A stretch of 64,000 bases of DNA, taken from positions 1,152,001-1,216,000 of the forward strand of contig CBDAOY010000008.1 of the NCBI GenBank assembly GCA_965198225.1. Reading direction: 5' to 3'. Source of the stretch: Terriglobia bacterium. Its GTDB lineage: Bacteria > Acidobacteriota > Terriglobia > 20CM-2-55-15. A program made the position numbers and the translations under genes. Under the pieces are notes generated by a model. That model saw only the letters and a list, made by a program, of their open reading frames with translations, did not search any database and was not told where the DNA came from. This document shows positions 28,766-38,743 of the stretch, piece after piece. The stretch's first letter is position 1, and every line of letters starts with the position of its first letter.

Positions 28766-28956
28766 TTAAACACGAAGGCATGAAGGACACGAAGATGGCC
28801 TATTATCTTCGTCTGTCCTCCGCGAACTTCGTGGCTTCGTCTTGAAAGATATCGTGTCCGAAAAGCGCAGATCTTGAGGGTCACGAACACCCTGAAAGGA
28901 AAAAGGCACAGAAGAGAGTCCCTCTGTGCCTCCGTGTCTCCGTGTCTCCGTGGTTG
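28766..28956. repeat. Cluster of 9-mer-periodic repeat arms between convergent genes
   Basis: CACGAAGGCATGAAGGACACGAAG...CTTCGTGGCTTCGT and CTCTGTGCCTCCGTGTCTCCGTGTCTCCGTGGTT. Confidence 0.7.
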
Positions 28957-28963
28957 ATCCGTC

Positions 28964-29416
28964 CTAAATCAGTTCGAAGCCCTCGATGTCGAGGATCGAG
29001 CCTTCGCGTTCATCGCGCAGCCGCACTTTCGCGCGCGCACCGATCTTCCATCGTGAAGGATCGCCCAGTCCACGGTGCACCAGCACCGACTGGGCGCCGT
29101 CCAGCCTGACGAGGGCCACCACGTCAGGCGGATCGAGGGGCTGACCTTCGAGACCGAGGTGGCACAGCGTAAAACTGATCACCTCGCCCTCATGGCCGAC
29201 TGGAGTGTGGTCCCTCAGCTCCGCGAAGCATCGTTCGCAGAACAGGGCCGCGGGGACGTAGACCCACTCACATTTCTCGCAACGGGCACCGAGGATCTCG
29301 CCCCGATCCCTTAGGGCCTCGAAGAAGGCCTGGCCCGCCAGGCCCGCTGTGTAAAGGGAACCGAATGGAAGGTTCCCCTTCCATGCGATGTAGTCGTGGT
29401 TGGCAGGCGTTCTCAT
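28964..29416 (-). CDS. Zn-ribbon/OB-fold (DUF35/ChsH2-like) protein
   Basis: RCEKCEWVYVPAALFCERC followed by OB-fold. Confidence 0.88.
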   Translation of the reverse strand: MRTPANHDYIAWKGNLPFGSLYTAGLAGQAFFEALRDRGEILGARCEKCEWVYVPAALFCERCFAELRDHTPVGHEGEVISFTLCHLGLEGQPLDPPDVVALVRLDGAQSVLVHRGLGDPSRWKIGARAKVRLRDEREGSILDIEGFELI

Positions 29417-29913
29417 TTGACCGGCGCCCAGTGCTTGAGGTCGGTGATCGCGCCTTCGCGCTCCTCGGCCGGCTTCCATACGGCCTTGACTTTCATCCCG
29501 ACCCGGACTTCGTCCGGATCGACATCAGCGATGAGGTGCAGGATGCCATACCCCTCCGACGCCCCGTCGACCTCGATCACCGCCGGAATCTGCGGGTAAG
29601 TGAGTTTCTTCATGTCCCACGTCACGTAGCAGATCGAAAACGTGTTGACTGTCCCCGTGTCCTCGAGGGTGACCCATTCGTCAGCGAGTCGGAAGCACAG
29701 CTCGCAGAAATCCCGCGGCGGAATGAACGTCCGGTCGCACTTACGGCACCGGCGGCCCACGAGGCGGCCATTCTTCAGCTCTTCCAGGTAGCGGCCGATC
29801 GCTCGGCCCGCGTCCCACGCATACTCCAGTCGCGGCTCGTAAGACCTGGAGATGACCTTGCCCGACTCGAAGTCGGCTGAACTGAGCGGCGTTCCGTACT
29901 TTGGTTCCATCAT
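29413..29913 (-). CDS. Zn-ribbon/OB-fold (DUF35/ChsH2-like) protein
   Basis: RCRKCDRTFIPPRDFCELC...VGMKVKAVWKPAEEREG. Confidence 0.9.
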   Translation of the reverse strand: MMEPKYGTPLSSADFESGKVISRSYEPRLEYAWDAGRAIGRYLEELKNGRLVGRRCRKCDRTFIPPRDFCELCFRLADEWVTLEDTGTVNTFSICYVTWDMKKLTYPQIPAVIEVDGASEGYGILHLIADVDPDEVRVGMKVKAVWKPAEEREGAITDLKHWAPVK

Positions 29914-31073
29914 GCCCCCACCACGATGACGGTTCCGACCTGCATCAAGTCGCCCCAGGCCTGGGCCACGCCCCGGCGGGGGTTTCCGCCTTTGACCTGC
30001 CGGGCACCGGCTTCCCCGCGGACCTGCCAGAACAGCTCGCAGATCTTCATCATGCCTGCCGCGGCAATCGGGTTGCCAACGCCGAGCAATCCCCCCGAGG
30101 GAACGGATGGCAGCTTCCCGTCCCGGTTGAAATGGCCTTCAGCCAGAAGCTTCGGAGCCTGGCCCTTCGGAGCCAGCTGCAGACCCTCGAGATGGTGCAG
30201 CTCTTTGTAGGCAAATGGATCGTACGGCTCGGCGAAGTCGATCTCCTCGGCCGGCTTTTCTATGCCCGCCATCTTGTAGGCCATCCACGCCGCCTTCTCG
30301 ACGTAACGCGGGTAGTAGAGGTCGCGGTTCGTCCAGAAGGCGGTGTCCAGCGCCCAGCCGACACCCTCGACCCAGGCAGGTTTGTCGGTCACCGACTTGG
30401 CCACGTCTTCGACTGCCATCACACAGGCGGCCGCGCCGTCGCTGGTCGGGCTGACCATGAGGCGATGGACGGGATGGGCCATGACCTCGGAGTCGAGCAC
30501 CTGCTGGACCGTCACCTCGGCGCCGAGCTGGGCCGACGGGTGATCCAGAGCGTTGCGCTTGTTCTTGACGCTGGCGAGGGCGATCTCTTCGTTCTTGATG
30601 CCGTGGACCGCCATGTAGCGCTGCTGCTCCAGCGCGAAAATCCACAGCAGGTTCGGCCCGAGAGCTCGCTCGGTGGTGTGGTCGAAGATCGTGATGAAGG
30701 CTCCCTGCGGGTGAGGCTGGCAGGAGGACATCTTCTCCTCGCAGACCACCAGGGCCGTTCGGAACTTCCCGCTGGCCAGGTGCATCCACGCGTGGATCGG
30801 CGCGAATACCCCGGTGCCGCCGCCCACGTAGCACCGCGTGTAGGGCTTGCCCCATGCGCCGGACCCGCCGGAGAGATACTCGCCGTTGAAGTGGACGCCG
30901 TCGAAGGCGTCCGGTGCGGTGCCGTGGATCACGCAGTCGATCTCGTCCAATGTCATCCCGGCACTGTCGAGCGCGGCGCTGGCCGCAGCCCACGACAACT
31001 CGGGAGGAGTTTCCTGCGCGCGACGGACGAACTTCGTGATCCCCGCGCCGACGATGGCTACTCGTTTACCCAT
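29910..31073 (-). CDS. Thiolase-fold (SCP-x type) protein
   Basis: VAIVGAGITKF, ASVKNKRNALDHP, SPTSDGAAA, PSGGLLGVGNP. Confidence 0.9.
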   Translation of the reverse strand: MGKRVAIVGAGITKFVRRAQETPPELSWAAASAALDSAGMTLDEIDCVIHGTAPDAFDGVHFNGEYLSGGSGAWGKPYTRCYVGGGTGVFAPIHAWMHLASGKFRTALVVCEEKMSSCQPHPQGAFITIFDHTTERALGPNLLWIFALEQQRYMAVHGIKNEEIALASVKNKRNALDHPSAQLGAEVTVQQVLDSEVMAHPVHRLMVSPTSDGAAACVMAVEDVAKSVTDKPAWVEGVGWALDTAFWTNRDLYYPRYVEKAAWMAYKMAGIEKPAEEIDFAEPYDPFAYKELHHLEGLQLAPKGQAPKLLAEGHFNRDGKLPSVPSGGLLGVGNPIAAAGMMKICELFWQVRGEAGARQVKGGNPRRGVAQAWGDLMQVGTVIVVGA

Positions 31074-32151
31074 GATTCTTGGATAGGATGGCTACCGCCG
31101 CGCTGGTTGTGGGCACTCCCCGCCACGAATGCGCGAGCGCTGTCCCTGCTTCACCGTTGCGCAGGGCCTCTGCACACATTGCGACGCGGTAGAGGCCTAT
31201 CGTGTCGAGCGTGTGCCCCATCCCGATGCTCCCTCCCGAGGTGTTGACCTTTGCCGCCTCGTCTCTCACGCCAATGGTGGCCAGGGTGAGCAACTCGCGG
31301 TAGGCGTACAGGTCGTCAACCTCAAAGAAATCGATCTCCTTGTCCGGATCGTTGATACCGGCCTCGGCGAAGGCCATCCCGGCGGCTTTCTCGGTGGCCG
31401 CGTCAGTGCCCCATGTTCGCGACTCCAGCGTGGGAGTATCGTTCGCCCATCCCGTGCCGGAGATCCAAACCGGCCGACTCGCCTTCTGAGCGCGTTCCTC
31501 CGATGCAAGCACGAGCACGACTGCCCCGTCGGCTCGCTGAGCCTGGTGCATCTCTCGCATGGGCGTGAACGTGTCGGGCGAAAGCGCAACGTCCTCGGCC
31601 GTGATACGCGCAGCATAAGCGGCGATCGGGTTGCCCAATGCGTTGGTCCGATTCTTGGCCGCCACCCTGTCACAATCCTCGACAGTGGCCCCTGACTCCT
31701 TCAGGAAGCGATTCATCTCCAGACCGGCGATGAACTCCGGGTGGAGTCCCAGCGGCCGGTTCCATATCGGATCGAGAGCGTACGCCATCACATGGTCGAA
31801 GGTCAGAATGTTCGATGCTTTGCTGTGGGCCTCCACCACGGCAACCTCGATAGCGCCTGTCTGGATCTGCATCGCGGCTACTGCGAGACCATGCAGGCCG
31901 TCGCCGGTGACTGTTTCCACCGAACGCAGCACCACGCCGAGCTGATCGGGGGTGTACTCGTCAGCTATGGAGATGCCCTCGAAGAAATCTTCTTCGCAGC
32001 AGACGGCGGATTCGACGTCCGTGTGCGAAATGTCGGCGTCCTCGTATGCTCTCTGGGCCGCTCCGAACGTCAGTTCCCTGTAGGAGACTTCGGGCGTTAC
32101 CGCCCTGACAGGGGTATACCCAACGCCGATGATAGCTACCTTTCCGGACAT
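31066..32151 (-). CDS. Thiolase-fold protein, divergent paralog
   Basis: VAIIGVGYT, VAAKNRTNALGNP, DGAVVLVLAS, VNTSGGSIGMGH. Confidence 0.85.
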   Translation of the reverse strand: MSGKVAIIGVGYTPVRAVTPEVSYRELTFGAAQRAYEDADISHTDVESAVCCEEDFFEGISIADEYTPDQLGVVLRSVETVTGDGLHGLAVAAMQIQTGAIEVAVVEAHSKASNILTFDHVMAYALDPIWNRPLGLHPEFIAGLEMNRFLKESGATVEDCDRVAAKNRTNALGNPIAAYAARITAEDVALSPDTFTPMREMHQAQRADGAVVLVLASEERAQKASRPVWISGTGWANDTPTLESRTWGTDAATEKAAGMAFAEAGINDPDKEIDFFEVDDLYAYRELLTLATIGVRDEAAKVNTSGGSIGMGHTLDTIGLYRVAMCAEALRNGEAGTALAHSWRGVPTTSAAVAILSKNHG

Positions 32152-32303
32152 GATCGCTCCGCGGTCCTTTACAAGGAGTGTTGCCGGCACCTATGATTGC
32201 AAATCTTCGATGATGATAGGCGTTCTTAGGAGGTGAGTACGCGTATCAGGCACCAAAACGAACTGGTCTTTATGCCACAATTCGATTTCCTTTGCAAGGC
32301 CAG

Positions 32304-32571
32304 CAGCCCGTGGCAGAAGTCTGATGGTTCGCGCGCACGGGTCTTCGGAGGCGGAGATGAGGCGCGAGGAGGAACTGATGCGGTTTCATCATGACGACGA
32401 GTAACAAAGTATCCGACCGCAACGCCCGTGCGCCCGGAGGGTTACGGCGGCGTCACACACGGGCGCTGTTGCCGCGCGACATTTTCTCCAGACCCGCGGA
32501 TCGGTCGATCGCGCCTACCATCTGGCGCAACGCCGCCGTAACGCGAGCCATCAGACTTCTGCCACGGGCTG
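32304..32571. mobile_element. MITE (268 bp) with 30-bp TIRs, CCAG/CTAG flanks
   Basis: CAGCCCGTGGCAGAAGTCTGATGGTTCGCG...CGCGAGCCATCAGACTTCTGCCACGGGCTG (1 mismatch). Confidence 0.85.
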
Positions 32572-32595
32572 CTAGCGTCAACCAAACCAAACGCT

Positions 32596-33507
32596 ATGGA
32601 TGCTGAAACCCCACGGGTCCGCATCGTCGAGGTCGGACCTCGCGATGGACTCCAGAACGAACCCGACACCGTGTCTACTGCCGACAAGGTGGAGTTCATC
32701 GGACTGCTTGCAGACGCTGGGCTCCGGGAGATCGAGGTCGCGTCCTTCGTCCATCCGAAGTGGGTCCCGCAACTGGCCGACGCGAAGGAGGTGATCGAAG
32801 AACTGGAAGACCGTCCCGGGCTGCGGTATTCGGCCCTCGTCCCGAACATGCGGGGCCTGGAACGTGCCATTGAAGCCGGCGTTTCCCGCATCGCCGTCTT
32901 CACCTCAGCGTCGGAAACGTTCAACCACCGAAACATCAATATGGGCATTCAGGAGTCCCTGGACGCATTTCGGCCTGTCGTCGAAACGGCGCTCGAGGCC
33001 GACATCTCCGTACGGGGATATGTGTCCACCTGCTGGATCTGTCCATACGAAGGCAAAATTGCCAGAGACCAGGTCTCCCGGGTGATCGAGGATCTCTTCG
33101 AGGTCGGCGTCGATGAGGTGTCGGTCGGAGACACGATCGGCGGCGCGACGCCGAACGATGTCGAGACCACCCTCGACGAGTTGATTTCGAGAGTCGGGAA
33201 AGAAAGGCTTGCGATGCATTTCCACGACACGTATGGGATGGCCGTAGCCAACACCTACCAGGCACTGCGGATGGGCATCACGACCTTCGATAGTTCGGCC
33301 GGCGGTCTGGGCGGTTGCCCGTACGCTCCCGGAGCCCTCGGGAACGTCGCGACCGAAGACCTTCTGTATCTCTTCGACCGCCTCGGAATCAACACGGGAG
33401 TCCGGTTGAGCGGTATCCGGCACGCCTCGGAGTTCATCTCGAAGACTCTGGACCGGTCCCTGCCCTCCCGCGTGCTGAAGACCTCGGTCGGCAAAGACCT
33501 CAACTGA
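32596..33507 (+). CDS. Hydroxymethylglutaryl-CoA lyase
   Basis: EVGPRDGLQNE, HFHDTYG, GGLGGCPYAPGA.GNVATED. Confidence 0.95.
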   Translation: MDAETPRVRIVEVGPRDGLQNEPDTVSTADKVEFIGLLADAGLREIEVASFVHPKWVPQLADAKEVIEELEDRPGLRYSALVPNMRGLERAIEAGVSRIAVFTSASETFNHRNINMGIQESLDAFRPVVETALEADISVRGYVSTCWICPYEGKIARDQVSRVIEDLFEVGVDEVSVGDTIGGATPNDVETTLDELISRVGKERLAMHFHDTYGMAVANTYQALRMGITTFDSSAGGLGGCPYAPGALGNVATEDLLYLFDRLGINTGVRLSGIRHASEFISKTLDRSLPSRVLKTSVGKDLN

Positions 33508-33938
33508 TGGGACACGTCGCCGAATCGCGCCTCCGGGTCCGCTACGCGGAAACCGATCAAATGGGCGTCGTTTACTACTCGAACTACCTGGTATGGATGG
33601 AAATCGGTCGGGGCGACCTCTGCCGGAAGTGCGGCTTCATCTACCGCGATCTCGAGGACGAGGAGGGTGTCTTGATCGCCGTCGCGGATGCCCGTTGCCG
33701 ATACCACGCCTCAGCCCGATACGATGACGAGGTCATTGTACGGACGAAACTGGACCGGCTCCGGCGACGGACTATGACGTTCTCCTACGAAATAGCGAAC
33801 GCGTCGACGGGCCGGATGCTCGCAGAAGGCCAGACAACCCACGTCGCGGTCGGCCGGGACGGCAAGCCGAGAACGCTGCCGGGGAGATACGGGAAGCTGC
33901 TGGCCCAGGCGGTGGATGGGGATGGGCGTAGGCCGTAG
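33507..33938 (+). CDS. Acyl-CoA thioesterase (4HBT/YbgC-like)
   Basis: RVRYAETDQMGVVYYSNYLVWME.GR; TGATG overlap. Confidence 0.92.
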   Translation: MGHVAESRLRVRYAETDQMGVVYYSNYLVWMEIGRGDLCRKCGFIYRDLEDEEGVLIAVADARCRYHASARYDDEVIVRTKLDRLRRRTMTFSYEIANASTGRMLAEGQTTHVAVGRDGKPRTLPGRYGKLLAQAVDGDGRRP

Positions 33939-34024
33939 GCCGTTGTCCGTTGCCGGATTCGGAAACACAATCCCGACCGGTGGAGCGCATGGCAACTGAC
34001 GACTGATGACTGACAACTGACAAC
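33927..34024. repeat. Heptamer tandem repeats (CGTAGGC-type, then TGACAAC-type)
   Basis: CGTAGGC CGTAGGC CGTTGTC CGTTGCC ... TGACGAC TGATGAC TGACAAC TGACAAC. Confidence 0.75.
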
Positions 34025-34086
34025 TTCCGCAATCAATCGGATAACATAGGCACCGCCAACCGGCATCAGGAGTGTCTCCACTACCC

Positions 34087-35250
34087 ATGTATCTATCGAA
34101 ACAAGCTCTCGGAGCCAAAGACTCCCTGATTCGCGAGATGTCGATCATCGCCCAGCAGGTCGAGAATCCCTACAAGCTGTACTGGGGCGAATCCGACATG
34201 GCCACACCCGAGTTCATCTGCCGTGCGGCGTACGAGGCCTTGCGGGACGGTCACACCTTCTACACACCGACTCCCGGCTACGACGATCTGAGGGAGGCGA
34301 TCGCGGCCAAGTTCCTGGAGGTCCACGGCGTCGAATACAAGCCGAGCGAGGTCGTCTGTACCGGCGGCGCCGTGATGGCGATATTCCTGACGATCCGATC
34401 GCTAGTCGATCCCGGCGACAACGTCGTCATCGTCGAGCCCACCTGGCCGGTCTTTGCGTCGAGCGTGACGCTGATGGGAGCAGAAGCGCGTGCCGTGCCG
34501 CTGGCGGAAGGCAAAGACGGCTTTGTCCTCGACCAGGACCGCGTCCGCGGCGCCGTCGATGAACGAACTCGGATGTTGATCATCAACAGCCCCGGAAACC
34601 CGACGGGCTGGGTAATCGACCGCGAAGAGCAGGAAGCCCTCTGGAACATGGCGGTGGAACACAACTTCGTGATCCTGGCCGACGAGGTGTACGACCGCAT
34701 CATCTTCGATCGACCTGCCGCTCCGACATTCGCGGCCGTCGCGACCGACCACGATCATGTCGTGGTCATCAACAGCTTCTCGAAGACCTATAACATGACT
34801 GGCTGGCGCCTCGGCTACGCGCTCGCGAACGAGCGACTCGTCGAGTTGATGGCCAAGCTCGAGGAGTTCGTCGTATCCAACCCTCCCGCCATGGCTCAAC
34901 GCGCGGCCATCGTCGCGCTCCGGGACGGAGAGCCCTACGTCCAGGAAATTCGGGACAAGTATAGCCGGCGGCGGCAGATCACCGTCGACAAGCTGAAGGC
35001 CATACCCCAGGTGACGCTTCCCGATCCCGTCGGGGCTTTCTATGCGTTCCCGAAACTCGAAGGGCTACACGACTCGCTTTCGTTCGCGAAGAAGCTGCTA
35101 CTCGAAGCGCGCGTCGGCATGGTACCCGGCATCGCGTTTGGCCAGAGCGGCGAAGGCCACATGCGCATGTGCTTCGCCGCCTCGGAGGAAATACTCGTTC
35201 CCGCACTGGACAACTTCAAGACGTTCATCGAACAGAATCTATGCGACTGA
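34087..35250 (+). CDS. PLP-dependent aminotransferase class I/II
   Basis: NSPGNPTG, DEVY, SFSKTYNMTGWRLG; start could be 34072. Confidence 0.93.
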   Translation: MYLSKQALGAKDSLIREMSIIAQQVENPYKLYWGESDMATPEFICRAAYEALRDGHTFYTPTPGYDDLREAIAAKFLEVHGVEYKPSEVVCTGGAVMAIFLTIRSLVDPGDNVVIVEPTWPVFASSVTLMGAEARAVPLAEGKDGFVLDQDRVRGAVDERTRMLIINSPGNPTGWVIDREEQEALWNMAVEHNFVILADEVYDRIIFDRPAAPTFAAVATDHDHVVVINSFSKTYNMTGWRLGYALANERLVELMAKLEEFVVSNPPAMAQRAAIVALRDGEPYVQEIRDKYSRRRQITVDKLKAIPQVTLPDPVGAFYAFPKLEGLHDSLSFAKKLLLEARVGMVPGIAFGQSGEGHMRMCFAASEEILVPALDNFKTFIEQNLCD

Positions 35251-36266
35251 CAGTCCTCGACCTGACTCGTCTCCTTCCCGGCGGGTATGCGACTCACCTG
35301 CTGCGCGAGATGGGAGCCAGGGTCATCAAGGTCGAGGATCCCGGGGCCGGCGACTACCTCCGTGGGTTTCCCTTCCCTCTCGAAGACGGCATGAGTGTCT
35401 ACTTTCACGCTATCAACCGCGGGAAAGAGAGCATCGTGGTCGACCTGAAGAAATCCCTCGATGTGCTCCTCGGACTCGCCCGGCATGCGGACGTGATCAT
35501 CGAGGGGTTCCGCCCAGGTGTCATGGAACGGCTGGGCGCCGGATATGAAGAAGTCGCGAAAAAAAACGAGGGGATTGTCTACTGCTCGCTCAGTGGCTAC
35601 GGCTCGGAAGGAGACTACCGCGACAGACCCGGCCACGACGTAAACTACCTGAGTCTCGCAGGACTGATCGACCTTCAGCGCGGTCAGGACAGTCGTCCTG
35701 CAATGCCCGCTCTACAGATCGCAGACGTCGCTTCAGGATCGTTGTTCGTCGTCGCGCGCATCCTGCAGGCGATCGTCGAGCGCTCGGAGAGCGGCGCGGG
35801 TTGCCGTCTGGACCTGTCCATGCTCGAGGGCACTGCTTCTCTGATGTCCTTCACGGCATCGCCGGCCGCGATCACCGGCCGGAAGATCGGCTGGGAAGAC
35901 CTGCTCTTGAACGGCCAGGTGGCCTGCTACAACCTCTACCCCACGGCAGACGATCGGTGGATTTCCCTCGGCAACCTGGAAGAAAAGTTCTGGATCACTT
36001 TCTGCGAAGTCGTGGAAAGGCCCGGCTGGGTCGACCGACAGTTCGATCGGTCCGAGGAATTCCGGGCCGAGGTCTCTGTTCTCTTTCGATCCCGGAGGCT
36101 TGACGAGTGGGTTCGCACGTTCGAGGGACACGACACGTGCGTCGAACCGGTGCTCACGCTCGGCGAGGCGGCCCAGCGCGGCATCTTCAAGTATCCGGAC
36201 CTGCCCGCACCGAAACACGGCGAGCACACCGAACAGGTGCTCCGCGAGTTTCTGGGACCAGGCTGA
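35241..36266 (+). CDS. CoA transferase family III (CaiB/BaiF/AMACR-like)
   Basis: VLDLTRLLPG, GARVIKVE, EGFRPGVMERLG, GHDVNY. Confidence 0.92.
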   Translation: MRLTVLDLTRLLPGGYATHLLREMGARVIKVEDPGAGDYLRGFPFPLEDGMSVYFHAINRGKESIVVDLKKSLDVLLGLARHADVIIEGFRPGVMERLGAGYEEVAKKNEGIVYCSLSGYGSEGDYRDRPGHDVNYLSLAGLIDLQRGQDSRPAMPALQIADVASGSLFVVARILQAIVERSESGAGCRLDLSMLEGTASLMSFTASPAAITGRKIGWEDLLLNGQVACYNLYPTADDRWISLGNLEEKFWITFCEVVERPGWVDRQFDRSEEFRAEVSVLFRSRRLDEWVRTFEGHDTCVEPVLTLGEAAQRGIFKYPDLPAPKHGEHTEQVLREFLGPG

Positions 36267-36385
36267 GCTATCAGCGTACTCGTCGTAAGTTGTGGAGTGT
36301 CTGACAGGCGCGGCCCGGCGTAGTTACTGGTGCTGCTGACAGTAGTGCCGGCGCCCTCCGGTGCTGAAAGCTGAATGCTGATAGC

Positions 36386-36440
36386 ACGCTTGATCCGGAA
36401 ACATCTGAGAGCAGAATTCTCAAACCCAAGGATCAAGGGT
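36386..36440. repeat. 55-bp dispersed repeat, copy B
   Basis: ACGCTTGATC...GATCAAGGGT, abutting the CTAG containing the putP stop. Confidence 0.75.
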
Positions 36441-38015
36441 CTAGGGTTCGGGGTTGGACTGCGACTGCGCGGCCCACGCTGCAGGGTGGCCGCCGGCGAG
36501 TTGGTCGAGTTCGAACGCCACCTCAGGAGTGCGTTCCCGCCCCTTCCGGTCCGCCAGGCTTACGACTATTCCCGCAAGACCACCCAGGAAGAACGCAGGA
36601 GTCATTTCCTCGAGAGTGCCGAAGGCGGCTCCAACACCCGGCAGCAGCGGTGCCCCGAACTTGAACAACGGCACCGCAACAAACCCCGTGATCATCGCCG
36701 CCAGCGCGCCCCTGGCCGTCATTCCCTTCCAGAACAGCGAAAGGATCATCGTAGGACAGAAGGTCGCCGCGATCCCCGACCATCCGAAAATAACGAACCA
36801 GAACACCGTCCGATCCGGACTGAGAACGGACACCGCCAGCGCCAGCCCGAGCGCCACGACGGCCAGCACGGCCGTCGTGCGTCGACTCATCGATACCAGC
36901 GTCGAGTCGGGCAGCTCCGGGTGGCGAGTCTTCTGGTAGTAATCCCGCACGAACGCACTGGACGCCACTACGAGCAGGGAGTCGACCGTCGACATGATCG
37001 CCGACAACACGACTGCAATCATCACACCGACCAACAAGGCGGGGAGCATGGCATCGACCAGAGCCGGCAGAACGCCCTCACCGCCGGGTCCCAGAACTTG
37101 CTCGAGTCCCTGACCGGGCCTCACGAAGAGATGTCGTCCAACCATACCGGTCATCACCGCACCCGAATCGGCCAGAACGGTCCACGCGATGGCGACCCCG
37201 GCGCCGCGCGAGATCTCGTTTTCGGAACGCAATGCCAGAAACCGGACGAAAATCTGCGGCGAACCCAGAAAGCCCAGCCCGATCGAAGCCAGCGCCAGTA
37301 CCGAGAAAATCGTCAGCGGGCCCCAACCACCCGGCCCCCACAGGCTCAGGAGTCCTGGATCCTGAGCATGCAGACCTGCAAGCACCGGACCGAGACCGCC
37401 GGACGCAGCGATCCCGATGACGGGCAGGCCGACCAGGCCCAGGAACATCAGGCTGCCTTGAAAGACGTCGGACCAGACGACCGCGACAAAGCCCCCGCTG
37501 ATGATGTAGGCCAGAACGACGACAAAACCGAAGATGGCTCCGGCGTAGTAGTTCCAGCCCAGGAAACTGTTGAAGGCCGTTCCCGTCGCGTCGATCTGCG
37601 CACTCACGTAAATCGTCACGAAAATGACGAGAGCACCGGCTGAGACCAGGCGAAGCAGATGGCGGTTGTCCCGAAACCGAGACTCCAGATAGTCGGGCAC
37701 CGTGATCGCGTCGTAGCGATCGGTCAGGCGCTTGAAACGCCGGCTCATCAATAGCCAAGCGCCGGCCACGCCGAGGACTTCTCCCACGACAACCCAGAAG
37801 GCTTTGACTCCTACGGCCGCACCCATACCAGTCAGGCCGAGCAGAAGCCACGCCGATTCGCCGGTGGCGCGGGCGGAAAACGCCACCGCCAGAAAGCCGA
37901 GACGCTTACCCCCGGCGAAGTAGTCCTTGAGGTCGGTCATGCGCCGCGAGGCCAGGGCGCCAATGACGACGAGCGTCGTCATGTACGCGAGGAGCGCAAT
38001 CAGCTTGAACGCCAT
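36441..38015 (-). CDS. putP: Sodium/proline symporter (SSS family)
   Basis: DYFAGGK.LG, SARATGESAWLLLGL, LGSPQIFVRF, AIMSTVDS. Confidence 0.85.
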   Translation of the reverse strand: MAFKLIALLAYMTTLVVIGALASRRMTDLKDYFAGGKRLGFLAVAFSARATGESAWLLLGLTGMGAAVGVKAFWVVVGEVLGVAGAWLLMSRRFKRLTDRYDAITVPDYLESRFRDNRHLLRLVSAGALVIFVTIYVSAQIDATGTAFNSFLGWNYYAGAIFGFVVVLAYIISGGFVAVVWSDVFQGSLMFLGLVGLPVIGIAASGGLGPVLAGLHAQDPGLLSLWGPGGWGPLTIFSVLALASIGLGFLGSPQIFVRFLALRSENEISRGAGVAIAWTVLADSGAVMTGMVGRHLFVRPGQGLEQVLGPGGEGVLPALVDAMLPALLVGVMIAVVLSAIMSTVDSLLVVASSAFVRDYYQKTRHPELPDSTLVSMSRRTTAVLAVVALGLALAVSVLSPDRTVFWFVIFGWSGIAATFCPTMILSLFWKGMTARGALAAMITGFVAVPLFKFGAPLLPGVGAAFGTLEEMTPAFFLGGLAGIVVSLADRKGRERTPEVAFELDQLAGGHPAAWAAQSQSNPEP

Positions 38016-38094
38016 TGTTGATGGGTATACCCGCCGGGTGGGGAACTTCGCAAGGGGTTTCTAGTGAGTGCGGTCTATGATCGCAGGTCGTTTT

Positions 38095-38575
38095 GAGAAG
38101 TTGCAGTTGCTGGAAAAACTTTCGGCACTCGTACCCGCTCAACGAACCCACCTAGTTCGATACAGCGGAATCCTGGCGCCAGCGGCCAAATGGAGACCCT
38201 ACCTGGGCGGAATTGATGAAACGCATTTGGGCCTTCGATGTCCTGGAATGTCCCAGCTGCCTCGGCCGCATGAGAATCCTCACCGCAATTCATCCTCCCG
38301 AGGCGACACAGAAAATCCTGGACTGCCTCGGTCTACCCTCGTGTGCACCACCGGTTGACCCGGCCGCCTCTATGCATTCCACTCCACCGGACTGGTTCTG
38401 AACACGGCTCGAAAGCCGACCGAGATTCGTGCGCTTCGGCCCGTGCGATTCTGCGTGTCGGGCGCGATTCTTCGGCGTTTCTGCCTCCTGCAACTCCAAA
38501 ATGACACCCCAACGGCGACAGTTCCGCCGTGCGTCCCGCCCCCTGCCCTGCGAACCCCTCTTGTTTTACTTATCG
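38095..38575 (+). pseudogene. IS91/ISCR-family transposase C-terminal relic, internally deleted
   Basis: LEKLSALVP..RTHLVRYSGILAPAAKWR then, in another frame, WAELMKRIWAFDVLECPSCLGRMRILTAI..P...KILDCLGL. Confidence 0.75.
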
Positions 38576-38743
38576 CCATGATAGGCTTTGGGTCCCGATG
38601 GATGGGTGTGTTCATTCCAGGACAGGCTGCCGGCAATATAGGTGTGTGTTATGTCCTTGAACGCAGCCCCTCGCTTCCCCCGGCTGGCGCCTGTTGCCCT
38701 GCCGCCAAAGTGAGCGAGCTGACCCGGCGATAGGAGGTCGTGG

